This document shows, piece after piece, positions 28,617-39,625 of a stretch of DNA of 64,000 nucleotides. Source of the stretch: an uncultured Nitrospiraceae bacterium (lineage in GTDB: Bacteria; Nitrospirota; Nitrospiria; Nitrospirales; Nitrospiraceae); the NCBI GenBank assembly GCA_963846575.1, contig CAWJWJ010000002.1, positions 512,001-576,000 on the forward strand, written 5' to 3'. A program made the translations under genes and the position numbers. Each line of letters starts with the position of its first letter. The stretch's first letter is position 1. Under the pieces are notes generated by a model. That model had not been told where the DNA came from and did not search any database. It saw only the letters and a program-made list of their open reading frames with translations.

Positions 28617-29447
28617 ATGGAACAAGCTGGTGAAAAAGAACAAAAGGCCCAGACTGATTCCCCCGTTGGACAGGACGCGGATGAGTCTTTGACGGATCAG
28701 CTCTCTGACCAACTCGCAGCAGTCTCTGATCCATCCAATGCTGCCCAGGACCTTGTTGACCCGCTCCAAGAGGTTCCGCTTGAGGAAGAGCAGGTCAAAG
28801 ACGAGATCGATATTCAGATTGATCTTCTCAAGGATCCCGACTGGGTCGTCAGGAGAGAAGCCGCGATTACGCTCGGCGAAATGGGCGATGAGCGATGCGT
28901 GGAGCCACTTGCCAACGCACTTCGAGATGGCGATTGGCAGGTTCGAGAGGTAGCAATCGATGGCCTTGGTCAGATCGGGTCCCCGGCGGTTGAGGTACTT
29001 CTCAAGTTACTGCGCGATTGGGACGTACGTAAGTCCGCTATTTTGGCGTTAGGAAAGATTCGCGATGAAAGGGTCCTCGAGCCGCTCATGCAGCAGCTCC
29101 GCAATGATGAGTTTATGGAGGACGCCACCGATGCATTAGTGAACCTGGGTGAGCCATCCTTGCCTGGCTTAATCAAGGCTTTAAAGGACAAAGAGGAGTT
29201 GGTGCGGAAACAGGCGGTGATTGCATTGGGGCGGATTAAATCGCCCGAAGCTATAGATCCATTGATCGAAATGTTACAGAATAAAGACTGGTTTACTCGA
29301 TTAACGGCTGCCGCGGCGCTGGAAGCTATCGGTCATGAACGTGGTCGAGAGGCCATTAAGCCTCTGCTGAAAGATAGTGATATGGTAGTCAAGATGAGGG
29401 TTGAACGCATTCTCGCCAAGTGGAAAAAGCAGCCGGCTACCGTATAA
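28617..29447 (+). CDS. HEAT repeat protein
   Basis: Tandem LKDPDWVVRREAAITLG-type repeats; acidic N-terminus. Confidence 0.9.
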   Translation: MEQAGEKEQKAQTDSPVGQDADESLTDQLSDQLAAVSDPSNAAQDLVDPLQEVPLEEEQVKDEIDIQIDLLKDPDWVVRREAAITLGEMGDERCVEPLANALRDGDWQVREVAIDGLGQIGSPAVEVLLKLLRDWDVRKSAILALGKIRDERVLEPLMQQLRNDEFMEDATDALVNLGEPSLPGLIKALKDKEELVRKQAVIALGRIKSPEAIDPLIEMLQNKDWFTRLTAAAALEAIGHERGREAIKPLLKDSDMVVKMRVERILAKWKKQPATV

Positions 29448-29895
29448 AGCGGCCGTCACTTTTGGACAAATGCATTCAGGTCTTATTGACCTACTCAAGT
29501 TAGAAGGAAGCACTCTTTCCGGCCCGAGATAATTCAAGCTGCGGCTCTTTAAGTTTACGTATTAAAATCCTGCCCGTGCTGTGCAGTTATCTTTTCCTTA
29601 CCCGTGTGATAGTTTCCAGCGAATCACGGCTTCGTTTAATTCCGTCACAGTTTCTGTCAAATTCTTATGGAATGTTCAGCCTTCGCCTGTAGTGCTGGGC
29701 CTGTGACCACACGGCTGCAACTTACTCAAAACACTCCTGATTCAGATTGCGATTCCCACCATATGGGGGATAAATCCCTTACTGTTTGCTCCGGTCATTC
29801 GCCGGTTTTCTCCAGAGGAAGCCAGAGTCGTAGGTCAGCGAATAACACAAGCAGCCCCATACACCACACCTAAACATGGCAGGCTTTAGTCCTCC

Positions 29896-31341
29896 CTAGC
29901 GGACGCTGGCTGGTTTTGCCTTTCGTGATAGCACTTGGAAGAGACTTCCGGCTGAGGCGATACGGACGGCAGCATCCGAATCCTGTAGCCCCATTTTTAG
30001 GATTGGAACAGTGGAGTGAAGGCGTGCTTTGCCTAGTGCACGCGCGGCCATAAGCCGCGGGAGTGGTTGCTGGTCTTTAAGTAAGCCCTCCAGAATGGTG
30101 AGGGCATTCGGTGTCGTTGCGGCCGACAATGCCTGTGCCGTCCCTCCACGAATCGATGGATCAGGATGTCGAGCCAAGTCCGCAGCATTCAAAATCATGC
30201 TGTTATCACCCAAACGCAGGAGGGCTTCCACCGCATTGATGCGTACATGCTCGTCTGGGTCCTGTAGAAGAGGCTGAAGGATGCTGCGTGTTTCTGAAGC
30301 ACCCAGACGACCAAGGCTGGACGCGGCTACGGCACGAACGCGTGGATTATCGTCACTCACGGAATGCGTAAGAGGAGCAATGCCCTCAGCACTGCCAAAC
30401 TCACCTAAGGCTCCCGCTGCAAAGGCGCGAACAGCGGGGTGCGGATCGTACACCGCTTGACTGAGGGCGGATATACTGGACGGGCGGCGCAACCGGCCCA
30501 AGATGCCTACTGCAGCCATGCGCACTTCGGGATCCGGGAGGGTGGCGGCGCCGGTAATATCCGTCAGAACGTCCGCGCGCCCGAGTTTATACAATCCTGC
30601 GAAGGCAAAAATGGATTCCGGCCCTTCATCGACCCGTGCGATTTCAGTGAGCTGATCCGCAATGCTCGACACTTTGGCGTCACTGAGGGCATTAATGGCC
30701 GCGATACGGACGCCCGGCGCTTCGTCGCGGAGCGCTCTTCTCAATGCCGAGGAGCGCTCCGCCAAGCCGCTTCGACCAATTGCCTCCGCCGCGCGTGCAC
30801 GGACCAGTGCGGATGAATCCAGCAGGCCATCCTCCAAGATCGGCAGCGTGTCGCGCTCGCCCATTTCTGCCAGTGCTGTGTAGGCGGCAATGCGGATATA
30901 TTCCTGAGAGTCTCTCACTCGGGTGACGATAAAGCTTCGCGCGAGTTCCCGTAATAGGCCCACTTCATCGGGGTGATTTGCGGGGACAAGCGTGGGGTAT
31001 CGTTTCCATGCTGCCTCGGGCTTCCCGAGCTTCAATTCACTCAGGAGGGCATAACGCACCAATTCTCGACTGGGTTCCTTGTCGGCAGGGAGATTCTGCA
31101 GGAGCTGTAACACGCCGTCATATTCTCCGGATTGGTACCGGGTCATTGCCTGTCGCTCCAGCGGGATGAGAGTAGATTTTTGCGAAACAGGAGCTCCCGT
31201 CGCCTGGAAGGAATCGACGCATGTCAGAAGCAGTACTCCGGCGAGGAGAGTTCCGACCGTGAAGTAAGGCTGGCGCCAAGTCGCATGACTCCGAGGGATC
31301 ACACTACCATTTGTTCGGAGTACGTGCGGTGGCGGGCGCAT
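29896..31341 (-). CDS. HEAT repeat protein, probably exported
   Basis: Many VRAxAAxALG repeats after a hydrophobic segment; start uncertain. Confidence 0.85.
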   Translation of the reverse strand: MRPPPHVLRTNGSVIPRSHATWRQPYFTVGTLLAGVLLLTCVDSFQATGAPVSQKSTLIPLERQAMTRYQSGEYDGVLQLLQNLPADKEPSRELVRYALLSELKLGKPEAAWKRYPTLVPANHPDEVGLLRELARSFIVTRVRDSQEYIRIAAYTALAEMGERDTLPILEDGLLDSSALVRARAAEAIGRSGLAERSSALRRALRDEAPGVRIAAINALSDAKVSSIADQLTEIARVDEGPESIFAFAGLYKLGRADVLTDITGAATLPDPEVRMAAVGILGRLRRPSSISALSQAVYDPHPAVRAFAAGALGEFGSAEGIAPLTHSVSDDNPRVRAVAASSLGRLGASETRSILQPLLQDPDEHVRINAVEALLRLGDNSMILNAADLARHPDPSIRGGTAQALSAATTPNALTILEGLLKDQQPLPRLMAARALGKARLHSTVPILKMGLQDSDAAVRIASAGSLFQVLSRKAKPASVR

Positions 31342-33463
31342 ACAGATGCCTCATATATTCTTTGACCATGCGTTTCGTGCAGAAGCGAGGTGCGACGGTC
31401 TTGATGCTTTCCTTGACGATGTGAAGCCATCCCCTGGGAATGCCATCGAGATCCCGTTGATAAAACAATGGCACGACTTCTTGTTCTAGTAGACGGAACA
31501 ATTGTTCGGCATCGTGAGCGTCCTGTGCCTGGGTGTCCGCTTCCTCAGTGAGGGGCTGAATGCCCCACCCGTTGGCACCGTTGTACCCCTCCTGCCACCA
31601 GCCATCCAGTACGCTCAGGTTGATGACCCCGTTCAGCGCAGCTTTTTGTCCACTGGTTCCGCTGGCTTCGAGCGGGGCTCGGGGGGTATTGAGCCAGATG
31701 TCCACACCTTGAACGAGGTACTTCGCCATATGCATATCGTAGTCTTCTAGAAAGGCGATGTGTCCACCGATCTTGTGATCGGTACAGAAATTCAGGACTT
31801 CGTGGATGAAGTATCGGCCAGGTTCGTCGGCTGGATGCGCCTTACCGGCAAACACGATTTGGACGGGCCGCCATCGATTGTGAAGTAACTGTTTGAGGCG
31901 TTCGAGATCCCGGAACAGGAGCGTGGCTCGCTTGTACGTTGCAAAGCGTCGGGCAAATCCTATGGTAAGGGCTTCCGGGTCAAGGAGTGTTCCCCTGGCG
32001 ATGGCTTGCATAGGCTGGAGGTGGCCGCGAATCCATCCATCGCGTGCACGCTCTCGAATGAACCGCATGAGTTTTCGCCTACTGGTCTGGCGGACAGCCC
32101 ACAACTCCTGATCAGGCAGATCAGTGACCCGCTGCCAGATCGTTGGGTCATCGATCCGCTCAGCCCATTCGGCACTGAGGTATTTGGCATAGAGAGAATT
32201 GGCTTCCGGCGAAATCCAAGTCGGCGCGTGGATGCCGTTCGTCAGGTGTCGGATGGGGATGAGGTCCTCCGCCAAGCCCGGCCACAAATGTTGCCACATA
32301 TGACGAGATACCCGGCCATGCTCGCGACTTACGCCATTGACATGAGCGGAGAGTCGCATGGCGAGGGCCGTCATGTTGAAACCGTGGCCTGTGCTTTCCG
32401 GGGTCTCGCCGAGACGGAGAAACTCCTCTCTGGACAAGCCAAGTTGTCCCCAGTAGTTCGAGAAGTAGCGGTCCATGAGATGGAAGGGGAAGATATCGTG
32501 CCCGGCTGGGACCGGAGTGTGTGTGGTGAAAACCGTGCTTTGTCTTACCAGGTCACTGGCCTCGGCATGGCTGTGGCCAGCAGCGACGAATTCACGGATA
32601 CGTTCCAAGGTCAGAAATGCCGAATGGCCTTCGTTACAATGCCAGACAGCGGGAGTGATGCCGAGGGCGCGTAACATTCGCACGCCCCCGATCCCTAATA
32701 GGAATTCCTGACAGAGCCTCGTCTCTTGATCCCCGCCATACAAACGTGCGGAGAGGGCGCGATCCTCCGGTGTATTTTCGGGCACATCGGTATCGATCAA
32801 GAACAGCGACATCCGGCCGGCCCGAACCTGCCAGACAAGGACGTTGACATGGCGGTGGCCGATCTCCACCGTTATGGAGCAGGGGGTGCCAGCCGGGGTC
32901 AAGGCCTGGTGGATAGGTGAGTCGTGTCGATTGAATGGTGCATAGGTGGCTTCCTGCCAGCCCTCGGGATTGATGCGCTGTTTGAAATAGCCTTGTGGGT
33001 ACATGAAGCCGATACCGACGAGGGGAATTCCCAGATCGCTGGCCTCTTTGCAGTGGTCACCCGCCAGAATACCCAGTCCTCCACTGTAAATCGGAATTGA
33101 TATGTGGAGACCGAATTCTGCCGAGAAGTAGGCGATTGGAGAATTCTGAAGCGCCGGGAACTCCGTAGCCGCCCAGGTTTTTTTGTCGCTCATGTAGTCG
33201 TCGAATGCGCGCAGGACGGCAGAATATTGCCGTACGAAATTCGGATCGCTTGCTAAAGTCGTGAGCCGCTCAGGTTTCACACTGGAAAGAAGCTGGACGG
33301 GATTGTGATGGGTCAGAAACCAGAGCGTCGGGTCGATAGATTCAAATAGTTGCCTCGCCGTGGGAGTCCAACTCCACCATAAGTTGCGGGCCAGCTCACC
33401 CAAGCGATGGAGATTGTTCGGAACCGTCTCATGAGGGAATTGTCCTTGATCGGGTGCTTGCAC
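31304..33463 (-). CDS. glgP: Alpha-glucan (glycogen) phosphorylase
   Basis: YSGGLGILAGDH, FARRFATYKR, EASGTSGQK PLP motif. Confidence 0.95.
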   Translation of the reverse strand: MQAPDQGQFPHETVPNNLHRLGELARNLWWSWTPTARQLFESIDPTLWFLTHHNPVQLLSSVKPERLTTLASDPNFVRQYSAVLRAFDDYMSDKKTWAATEFPALQNSPIAYFSAEFGLHISIPIYSGGLGILAGDHCKEASDLGIPLVGIGFMYPQGYFKQRINPEGWQEATYAPFNRHDSPIHQALTPAGTPCSITVEIGHRHVNVLVWQVRAGRMSLFLIDTDVPENTPEDRALSARLYGGDQETRLCQEFLLGIGGVRMLRALGITPAVWHCNEGHSAFLTLERIREFVAAGHSHAEASDLVRQSTVFTTHTPVPAGHDIFPFHLMDRYFSNYWGQLGLSREEFLRLGETPESTGHGFNMTALAMRLSAHVNGVSREHGRVSRHMWQHLWPGLAEDLIPIRHLTNGIHAPTWISPEANSLYAKYLSAEWAERIDDPTIWQRVTDLPDQELWAVRQTSRRKLMRFIRERARDGWIRGHLQPMQAIARGTLLDPEALTIGFARRFATYKRATLLFRDLERLKQLLHNRWRPVQIVFAGKAHPADEPGRYFIHEVLNFCTDHKIGGHIAFLEDYDMHMAKYLVQGVDIWLNTPRAPLEASGTSGQKAALNGVINLSVLDGWWQEGYNGANGWGIQPLTEEADTQAQDAHDAEQLFRLLEQEVVPLFYQRDLDGIPRGWLHIVKESIKTVAPRFCTKRMVKEYMRHLYAPATARTPNKW

Positions 33464-33532
33464 GACGCCTCCGTGGAATTATGAATGATGGCTGAGGAAG
33501 AAGACCGCGAGGTCACGCTTCCGGAATGTGCG

Positions 33533-34369
33533 TCAGGCGTGTCCGGCTTTATGCCAGGATGCCCACTGGTCAGAAAAGGCGACGGCGGCGTATCGTTCCC
33601 CGAGGATTTTGGCGACACGATTCATGGTCGCCGTGAGTTGTTTCGTCTCCTCTTGCGTTAAATCTTGACGAAAGCGTGGATGTAACCCCCATCGGGTTTC
33701 GACCTCTTCGCCTTTGATGCTCGACATCACACTGACCAGTTTGATGTCGGTGCCCGTAGTTCCCCGAGGTGCTGCGGTTGCTGCGGCCATTCCGTCATTC
33801 GCAGGGGCCTCGGCGGCGGCGGGCGGAGTCTGCCCTTCAAATATGCCGATGAGCGCGGGAATGACCGCGCTGATACAGAGCGTGGCGGCCGCGGTCACTC
33901 GCGGATTTCCAGGAGCCGCAACCAGGCGGGCGATGCGATCGCTGAAGTCGCGGTACATGTCGTTCTTGGCTGCGCTGTCCTCGGTCACCAGGAAACGATA
34001 ACGCTCGTAGGTCTGACGGCTTTCTGCCACAGCTGTTCCGATGGTCAAGACAATTTCCGTCTGGTCGCTCCCGGCCCCGAAGGCCGGCTCCAGCGCTTTT
34101 TTGAGTTGATCGATCACCATGTCTGTCAACTCATCCATGAATTGAGGCTGTTCCTTGAGTGGAATGTGCAGCATCGATACACGATCAGCCAGATTGAACA
34201 TGACGCGCAGGAACTCGAGATAGATGGTCCACTCGTCTTGACGTTTGAGTTTCAATGCCTGTTCCGGCACGGCCTTTTTTATCACCGAGACGGATTCACC
34301 CGCGACCGCAAGCATCAGCTCCGCCACGATCTGCATTTGTTGAGCGAACGGCATTTGTCTGGTTGGCAT
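33533..34369 (-). CDS. Hypothetical protein
   Basis: Long ORF with host-like composition; AGGGGA before ATG 34369. Confidence 0.75.
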   Translation of the reverse strand: MPTRQMPFAQQMQIVAELMLAVAGESVSVIKKAVPEQALKLKRQDEWTIYLEFLRVMFNLADRVSMLHIPLKEQPQFMDELTDMVIDQLKKALEPAFGAGSDQTEIVLTIGTAVAESRQTYERYRFLVTEDSAAKNDMYRDFSDRIARLVAAPGNPRVTAAATLCISAVIPALIGIFEGQTPPAAAEAPANDGMAAATAAPRGTTGTDIKLVSVMSSIKGEEVETRWGLHPRFRQDLTQEETKQLTATMNRVAKILGERYAAVAFSDQWASWHKAGHA

Positions 34370-34546
34370 ACAAGTCCCCTGTCTGCTCGGCATTATATAC
34401 AACTCGATTTGAAGGTCCAAGTGCTCATCTCGTTCTGTAGGGAGCACGGCTCGGCAGGGGCGGCGCTATCGTTGCAAGGTATCAAGTGGTATGTTATACA
34501 GCGCGACCGCTTTTGCATGTCTCTCACTGCCAATTCGGATGTCGTC

Positions 34547-36574
34547 ATGGATCGAGACATAAAACCTTACATTCTGAAACGGACCGCGGATCAGGACATC
34601 GTCCCGAAGCTCTCGCTGGACTATGCACGGGCTCTCAATCCGCAGCAGTATGCAGCCGTGACGGCAGGCGAGGGTCCTGCCCTGGTCATTGCCGGCGCCG
34701 GAAGCGGCAAGACGCGCACCCTCGTCCATCGTGTCGCTTACTTGATCGATTCGGGAGTGGACCCGTCCCACATTCTGCTTCTGACCTTTACGCGCAAGTC
34801 TTCGGAGGAGATGCTGGAGCGGGTTGGGATTTTGATCGGGTCGCGCTGTCAGAGAGTCTGCGGAGGCACCTTTCACTCGGTGGCGAACATGTTGCTTCGA
34901 CGCCATGGGCGGGTCCTGGGCATCGAGCCGGGATTCACGATTATGGATCGGGGCGATGCCGAAGATCTGATCGCGCTATTGCGCGCCCAGATGGGTCTCC
35001 ATGAGAAAAATAAGCGATTCCCTCGCAAGGGTACGATCGCGGAGATTTACAGTAAGTGCGAAAACACACTGCGAGGTCTGGAAGAGATCGTCCTCGACGA
35101 ATTTTCGCACTTCGCGGACCATCTTGATGATCTTGGGACGTTGCAGCGAGCCTATCGCTCGGCCAAACGCCAGCGACAATTACTCGATTACGATGACTTG
35201 CTCGTATTGCTGCTCGATCTCTTGACTCAACATAAGGACACCCAGGGAGCCATTGCGCGCCAATTTCGCTATATCCTCGTTGATGAATATCAGGATACCA
35301 ATCGGTTGCAGGCCGAACTAATTCGCAAGTTGGCGGCCACGCACGACAACGTCATGGTTGTCGGGGACGATTCGCAATCCATTTATGGCTTCCGTGGCGC
35401 GACGTTCCGCAACATCATGGAATTCCCTTCGTGGTTCCCTGGCGCCACCATCTACAAGTTGGAGGAGAACTATCGCAGTACTCAGCCCATCCTCAGTGTG
35501 GCCAATGAAATAATTCAAGAAGCGCCAGAAAAATATACGAAGCATCTGTTCACACGCAAACTGGATGGGCCGTTGCCCGCCCTGGTTGAAGCGGCCGGCG
35601 AGAACGCGCAGTCTCGATTTGTGGCGCAAAAAATCCTGGAACTGCGCGAAGAAGGCGTGCCGCTGAGTGAAATCGCCGTACTCTTTCGTTCTAGTTTTCA
35701 CTCCTTCGATCTGGAAATCGAGCTGTCCCGTTGTGGATTGCCGTTTGTGAAGCGAGGCGGAATCAAATTCATCGAAGCAGCGCATGTGAAGGATCTTCTG
35801 GCGCATCTGCGCGTGGTCATCAATCCGCAGGATGCGGTCAGTTGGCATCGCGTGCTCATGCTGATCGAGGGAGTGGGCCCCAAGAAAGCCCACGATCTGG
35901 TTGCGTCGATGCTGCATAGTACTGATCCCTATCAGCGACTGCGAGACAGCAGCGGTCGTTCAGGTAAGGGGTTACGAGAACTGGCAGTCATGCTCGAGAA
36001 TCTCTCGCAGAGTGACGACCTGAGTCCGACCGAACAGGTCAACCGGGTGTATGAGTACTATGTGCCGATTCTCAAAGATCTTCATGACGACTATCCGAAA
36101 AGGATCCGGGATTTAGACCATCTCCATACCATTGCAGAGAGCTATCCTGGTCTAACCGAGTTTCTGGCTGATCTGGCGCTGGCGCCGCCGGATGGCAGTG
36201 CGGTGGGGGTGGAGCCATCAGGGCAGGATGACGAGCAAGTCGTGCTCTCCACAATTCACTCGGCCAAGGGTCTCGAATGGCAGTGCGTCTTTCTTCTGTG
36301 GGTGGTGGATGGCAAGTTTCCCTCGGTCTTCTCATTCAATACGGATGAGGAACTAGAGGAGGAGCGCCGGTTGCTGTATGTCGCAGTCACCCGGGCGAAG
36401 CGATACCTGTTTTTAATCTATCCGATCAATGTGTATGATAGAAGTTCAGGCATGCTGCTGTCGAAGCCGTCCCGGTTTCTCGACCACGTCTCCCCGCGAT
36501 TATTTGAGACGCTGGCCCTCGTCGAAGAAGGGGGCGCGTATGAATGGGGTCACGACCGTGACCGCTTTGTGTAG
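34547..36574 (+). CDS. UvrD/PcrA/Rep family ATP-dependent helicase
   Basis: AGAGSGKT, VDEYQD, LEENYRS, TIHSAKGLE, YVAVTRAK. Confidence 0.95.
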   Translation: MDRDIKPYILKRTADQDIVPKLSLDYARALNPQQYAAVTAGEGPALVIAGAGSGKTRTLVHRVAYLIDSGVDPSHILLLTFTRKSSEEMLERVGILIGSRCQRVCGGTFHSVANMLLRRHGRVLGIEPGFTIMDRGDAEDLIALLRAQMGLHEKNKRFPRKGTIAEIYSKCENTLRGLEEIVLDEFSHFADHLDDLGTLQRAYRSAKRQRQLLDYDDLLVLLLDLLTQHKDTQGAIARQFRYILVDEYQDTNRLQAELIRKLAATHDNVMVVGDDSQSIYGFRGATFRNIMEFPSWFPGATIYKLEENYRSTQPILSVANEIIQEAPEKYTKHLFTRKLDGPLPALVEAAGENAQSRFVAQKILELREEGVPLSEIAVLFRSSFHSFDLEIELSRCGLPFVKRGGIKFIEAAHVKDLLAHLRVVINPQDAVSWHRVLMLIEGVGPKKAHDLVASMLHSTDPYQRLRDSSGRSGKGLRELAVMLENLSQSDDLSPTEQVNRVYEYYVPILKDLHDDYPKRIRDLDHLHTIAESYPGLTEFLADLALAPPDGSAVGVEPSGQDDEQVVLSTIHSAKGLEWQCVFLLWVVDGKFPSVFSFNTDEELEEERRLLYVAVTRAKRYLFLIYPINVYDRSSGMLLSKPSRFLDHVSPRLFETLALVEEGGAYEWGHDRDRFV

Positions 36575-36639
36575 GACAAGCCCTCCCGCTGCCTAATGTC
36601 CGGCTGCCTCTCGCGATCCAGGCCACTTCGGTACAACCC

Positions 36640-37575
36640 ATGCGTATCCTCTGTTCATATGTCCGCCGTCTGGGTAACCTGGTTGCCTTGACCCTTGCCG
36701 GAATATTGCTGGGATTTCCGATATCCCAACACGTAGAGGCGGAAATCGCGACGGCGCCCAAGCAAGAGGGGAGGCTTTGGCAGGCTCTGGTGTCAGAGGC
36801 GAAATCGCTCACCCTCCCCACCCGATTTCTGGAACAAATCCCTCCAGAGTTTGTAACCTTCGAGTTTGAGGATTTGCGCGCATTTGCCGCGGAGTACCAT
36901 CCGAAGGATCACCGCATGGTGTTGGACCGGTCGCTCTCCCTGAACGCGGCAGGCGGAACATTACGGCCATTGGGACGGCTGACGCATAAGGAGTTGGAGA
37001 CCCTGTATCACGAGCTGTTCCATGCCTATATGGATTACTTGGAACAGGGGAATGGGAACAGTGTGGGGGATACCCCATTGATGGCGTTCGCTCGCGAGCA
37101 GCAACAGTGCCGGTATCAGCATGTCTTTATTACACCGGTGCTCCAAAAAAAGGACTTGAAAGAAGAACGATATCTGAGTGAGACCGAATCTTGGGAGGCT
37201 TTGAATGAGACATGGGCAGTATTCATCGGATGGGCCGTGTGGACTCAGCTTGAGGTAGGTAGTAAGCAAGGGGATGCCCTCCGGCGGTCCAGCAGCCCTC
37301 CTAATTTCGCCGGCTGGCTGAAGCGGCTGAAGCGGGCCGATCAGGATGCGGCACTGAAGGGCTATTACGAGCCCGAAGACCCGAGTGAAAAGCTCATGGC
37401 CCGTAAGCGATATTTAGCGCCTGAATTCAGGCTGTCCGTACCTGAGTTGACTGTTCTGATGCGCGAAGTCCTGGGAAGCCAGCCGGAGTCAATCCTGGAG
37501 GCTCGCCGGGTGATTAATCCCACTAGTCCGGTATCCGGCAGTCCAAAGACCTGCGGTGCCCCGCTTTCCCATTAA
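36640..37575 (+). CDS. Hypothetical exported protein with HExxH motif
   Basis: Signal-like N-terminus; LYHELFHAY and downstream EALNE. Confidence 0.7.
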   Translation: MRILCSYVRRLGNLVALTLAGILLGFPISQHVEAEIATAPKQEGRLWQALVSEAKSLTLPTRFLEQIPPEFVTFEFEDLRAFAAEYHPKDHRMVLDRSLSLNAAGGTLRPLGRLTHKELETLYHELFHAYMDYLEQGNGNSVGDTPLMAFAREQQQCRYQHVFITPVLQKKDLKEERYLSETESWEALNETWAVFIGWAVWTQLEVGSKQGDALRRSSSPPNFAGWLKRLKRADQDAALKGYYEPEDPSEKLMARKRYLAPEFRLSVPELTVLMREVLGSQPESILEARRVINPTSPVSGSPKTCGAPLSH

Positions 37576-37602
37576 AATCATTCCTGCACAGAACATACCC
37601 CC

Positions 37603-37631
37603 TTGACAATGGAGCGTGTCGCAAATAAAAT
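37603..37631 (+). promoter_or_regulatory. Sigma70 promoter of tRNA-tuf operon
   Basis: TTGACA-17 bp-TAAAAT. Confidence 0.75.
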
Positions 37632-37810
37632 CGGCTGCTTTCAAAGCCAGGTCAATCCTCATTTCATCAGTACCCCAGCCCTGTCGTTTTGCTGGGAAGC
37701 TGTGCGTGGTGGGGCTTACTTTCATTCTCCGACTCCAAAGGAATGAAATCGCTTCGGTTAGAGACTTGCCTGGGAAGAGGTCTTTGTTTGGTGTGACTAT
37801 TGTGAGAAAC

Positions 37811-37896
37811 GGGCAGGTACCCAAGTGGACAAAGGGGGCAGACTGTAAATCTGCTGCCTGATGGCTTCCAAGGTTCGAATCCTTGCCTGCCCACCA
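37811..37896 (+). tRNA. tRNA-Tyr(GTA)
   Basis: Cloverleaf with long variable arm; gcaga ctGTAaa tctgc; CCA end. Confidence 0.95.
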
Positions 37897-38016
37897 ATAC
37901 TTGAATTAATTCTGCCTGTGCGGAGTGTGGTTCGTGAGTGTCTGGCGAAGCGAAACGTGGACTTGTTCTCGGCGAGACCGCGGGCAAGCCGTGGATAATT
38001 GGCAGGTTCACCGTGG

Positions 38017-38091
38017 GCGGGCGTAGCTCAGTGGTAGAGTTCCAGCCTTCCAAGCTGGCTGTCGTGGGTTCAAATCCCATCGCCCGCTCCA
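38017..38091 (+). tRNA. tRNA-Gly(TCC)
   Basis: ccagc ctTCCaa gctgg; CCA end. Confidence 0.95.
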
Positions 38092-38156
38092 AAATGAGCG
38101 CACTCGGTCAGGGGTGTTCCGGGGGCGTGCGACTGGAAACAAATTGTGAGTTGATG

Positions 38157-38232
38157 GCCCACGTAGCTCAGTTGGCAGAGCACGTCCTTGGTAAGGACGA
38201 GGTCACGCGTTCGATTCGCGTCGTGGGCTCCA
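38157..38232 (+). tRNA. tRNA-Thr(GGT)
   Basis: cgtcc ttGGTaa ggacg; CCA end. Confidence 0.95.
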
Positions 38233-38330
38233 TACTCTAGGTTGGCGCGGCCGGGCTCTTCTGCCGGATGGCTATCCAGCATCCAGGGCAATGTTTCGAG
38301 AAAACAGTGTTTCGACAAAAGGAGTGAATC

Positions 38331-39536
38331 ATGGCGAAGGCGAAATTTGAGCGACGAAAGCCCCACGTGAACATCGGGACGATCGGGCACGTGGACCATG
38401 GAAAGACGACGCTGACGAGTGCCCTGACCAAGATCTGCTCGGAGCGGGGCATGGCGAAGTTCATCAGCTACGACGAAGTGGCGAAGGCGAGCGAGAGTCA
38501 GGGGCGGCGGGATGCCAGCAAGATCATGACCATCGCGATCAGCCATGTGGAATATGAGACCGACAACCGGCACTACGCGCACGTCGATTGCCCGGGCCAC
38601 GCCGACTATGTGAAGAACATGATCACGGGCGCCGCGCAGATGGACGGAGCGATTTTGGTGGTGAGTGCGGCGGATGGGCCGATGCCGCAAACGCGAGAGC
38701 ACATTTTGTTGGCGCGCCAAGTCGGCGTCCCCTACATTGTCGTGTTTCTCAACAAGGCGGACAAGGTCGACGACAAGGAATTGCTGGAGTTGGTCGAGTT
38801 GGAAGTGCGGGAGCTGCTGACCAAGTATGAATTTCCGGGCGACAAGATTCCCATCATTCAGGGCTCGGCCTTGAAGGCGATCGAGGGGGATCAGGGGCCG
38901 TTGGGTGTGCCGTCCATTCTGAAGTTGTTGGAGGCGGTGGACACCTATATTCCGACCCCGACGCGGGCGATTGACAAGCCGTTCTTGATGCCGATTGAAG
39001 ATGTGTTCACGATCAGCGGGCGCGGGACGGTGGTGACGGGGCGCTGTGAGAAGGGCATCGTGAAGGTGGGCGACGAGATCGAGATCGTGGGGTTGAAGCC
39101 GACGCAGACGACCATCGTGACCGGGGTGGAAATGTTCCGCAAGGTGCTCGATGAGGGGCAGGCGGGGGATAACATCGGGGTGTTGCTGCGCGGGACGAAG
39201 AAGGAAGATGTGGAGCGCGGGATGGTGTTGGCGAAGCCCAAGAGCATTACGCCGCACACGAAGTTCAAGGCGGAGATTTATGTGTTGACGAAGGAAGAGG
39301 GCGGGCGGCATACGCCGTTTTTTAACGGGTACCGGCCGCAGTTCTACTTCCGGACGACGGACGTGACGGGCATCGTGACGCTGACGCCGGGGGTGGAGAT
39401 GGTGATGCCCGGAGACAATGTGACGGTGACGGGCGAGTTGATCAGCCCCATCGCCATGGATCAGGGGCTCCGGTTTGCGGTGCGCGAGGGTGGTAAAACC
39501 GTCGGCTCGGGCGTCGTCACTGAAATTCTAGCGTAG
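38331..39536 (+). CDS. tuf: Elongation factor Tu (copy 1)
   Basis: [17 protein letters not shown]. Confidence 0.99.
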   Translation: MAKAKFERRKPHVNIGTIGHVDHGKTTLTSALTKICSERGMAKFISYDEVAKASESQGRRDASKIMTIAISHVEYETDNRHYAHVDCPGHADYVKNMITGAAQMDGAILVVSAADGPMPQTREHILLARQVGVPYIVVFLNKADKVDDKELLELVELEVRELLTKYEFPGDKIPIIQGSALKAIEGDQGPLGVPSILKLLEAVDTYIPTPTRAIDKPFLMPIEDVFTISGRGTVVTGRCEKGIVKVGDEIEIVGLKPTQTTIVTGVEMFRKVLDEGQAGDNIGVLLRGTKKEDVERGMVLAKPKSITPHTKFKAEIYVLTKEEGGRHTPFFNGYRPQFYFRTTDVTGIVTLTPGVEMVMPGDNVTVTGELISPIAMDQGLRFAVREGGKTVGSGVVTEILA

Positions 39537-39625
39537 GAGAGGGGAGGCGTGAAGCGTCGGGCGTCCTAGGTGCGTGAGATCCCTGATCTCGTGCCCTGTG
39601 CGTTGCACGCTTCGCGGGATGCGAC

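Noticed and set aside
29448..29895. 450-bp gap between convergent HEAT genes as sRNA or small gene
   Set aside because: No convincing structure or recognisable ORF seen.
34106..34546. 147-aa N-terminal extension of the UvrD helicase in the ORF track
   Set aside because: It overlaps the divergent minus-strand gene; artefact of longest-ORF calling.
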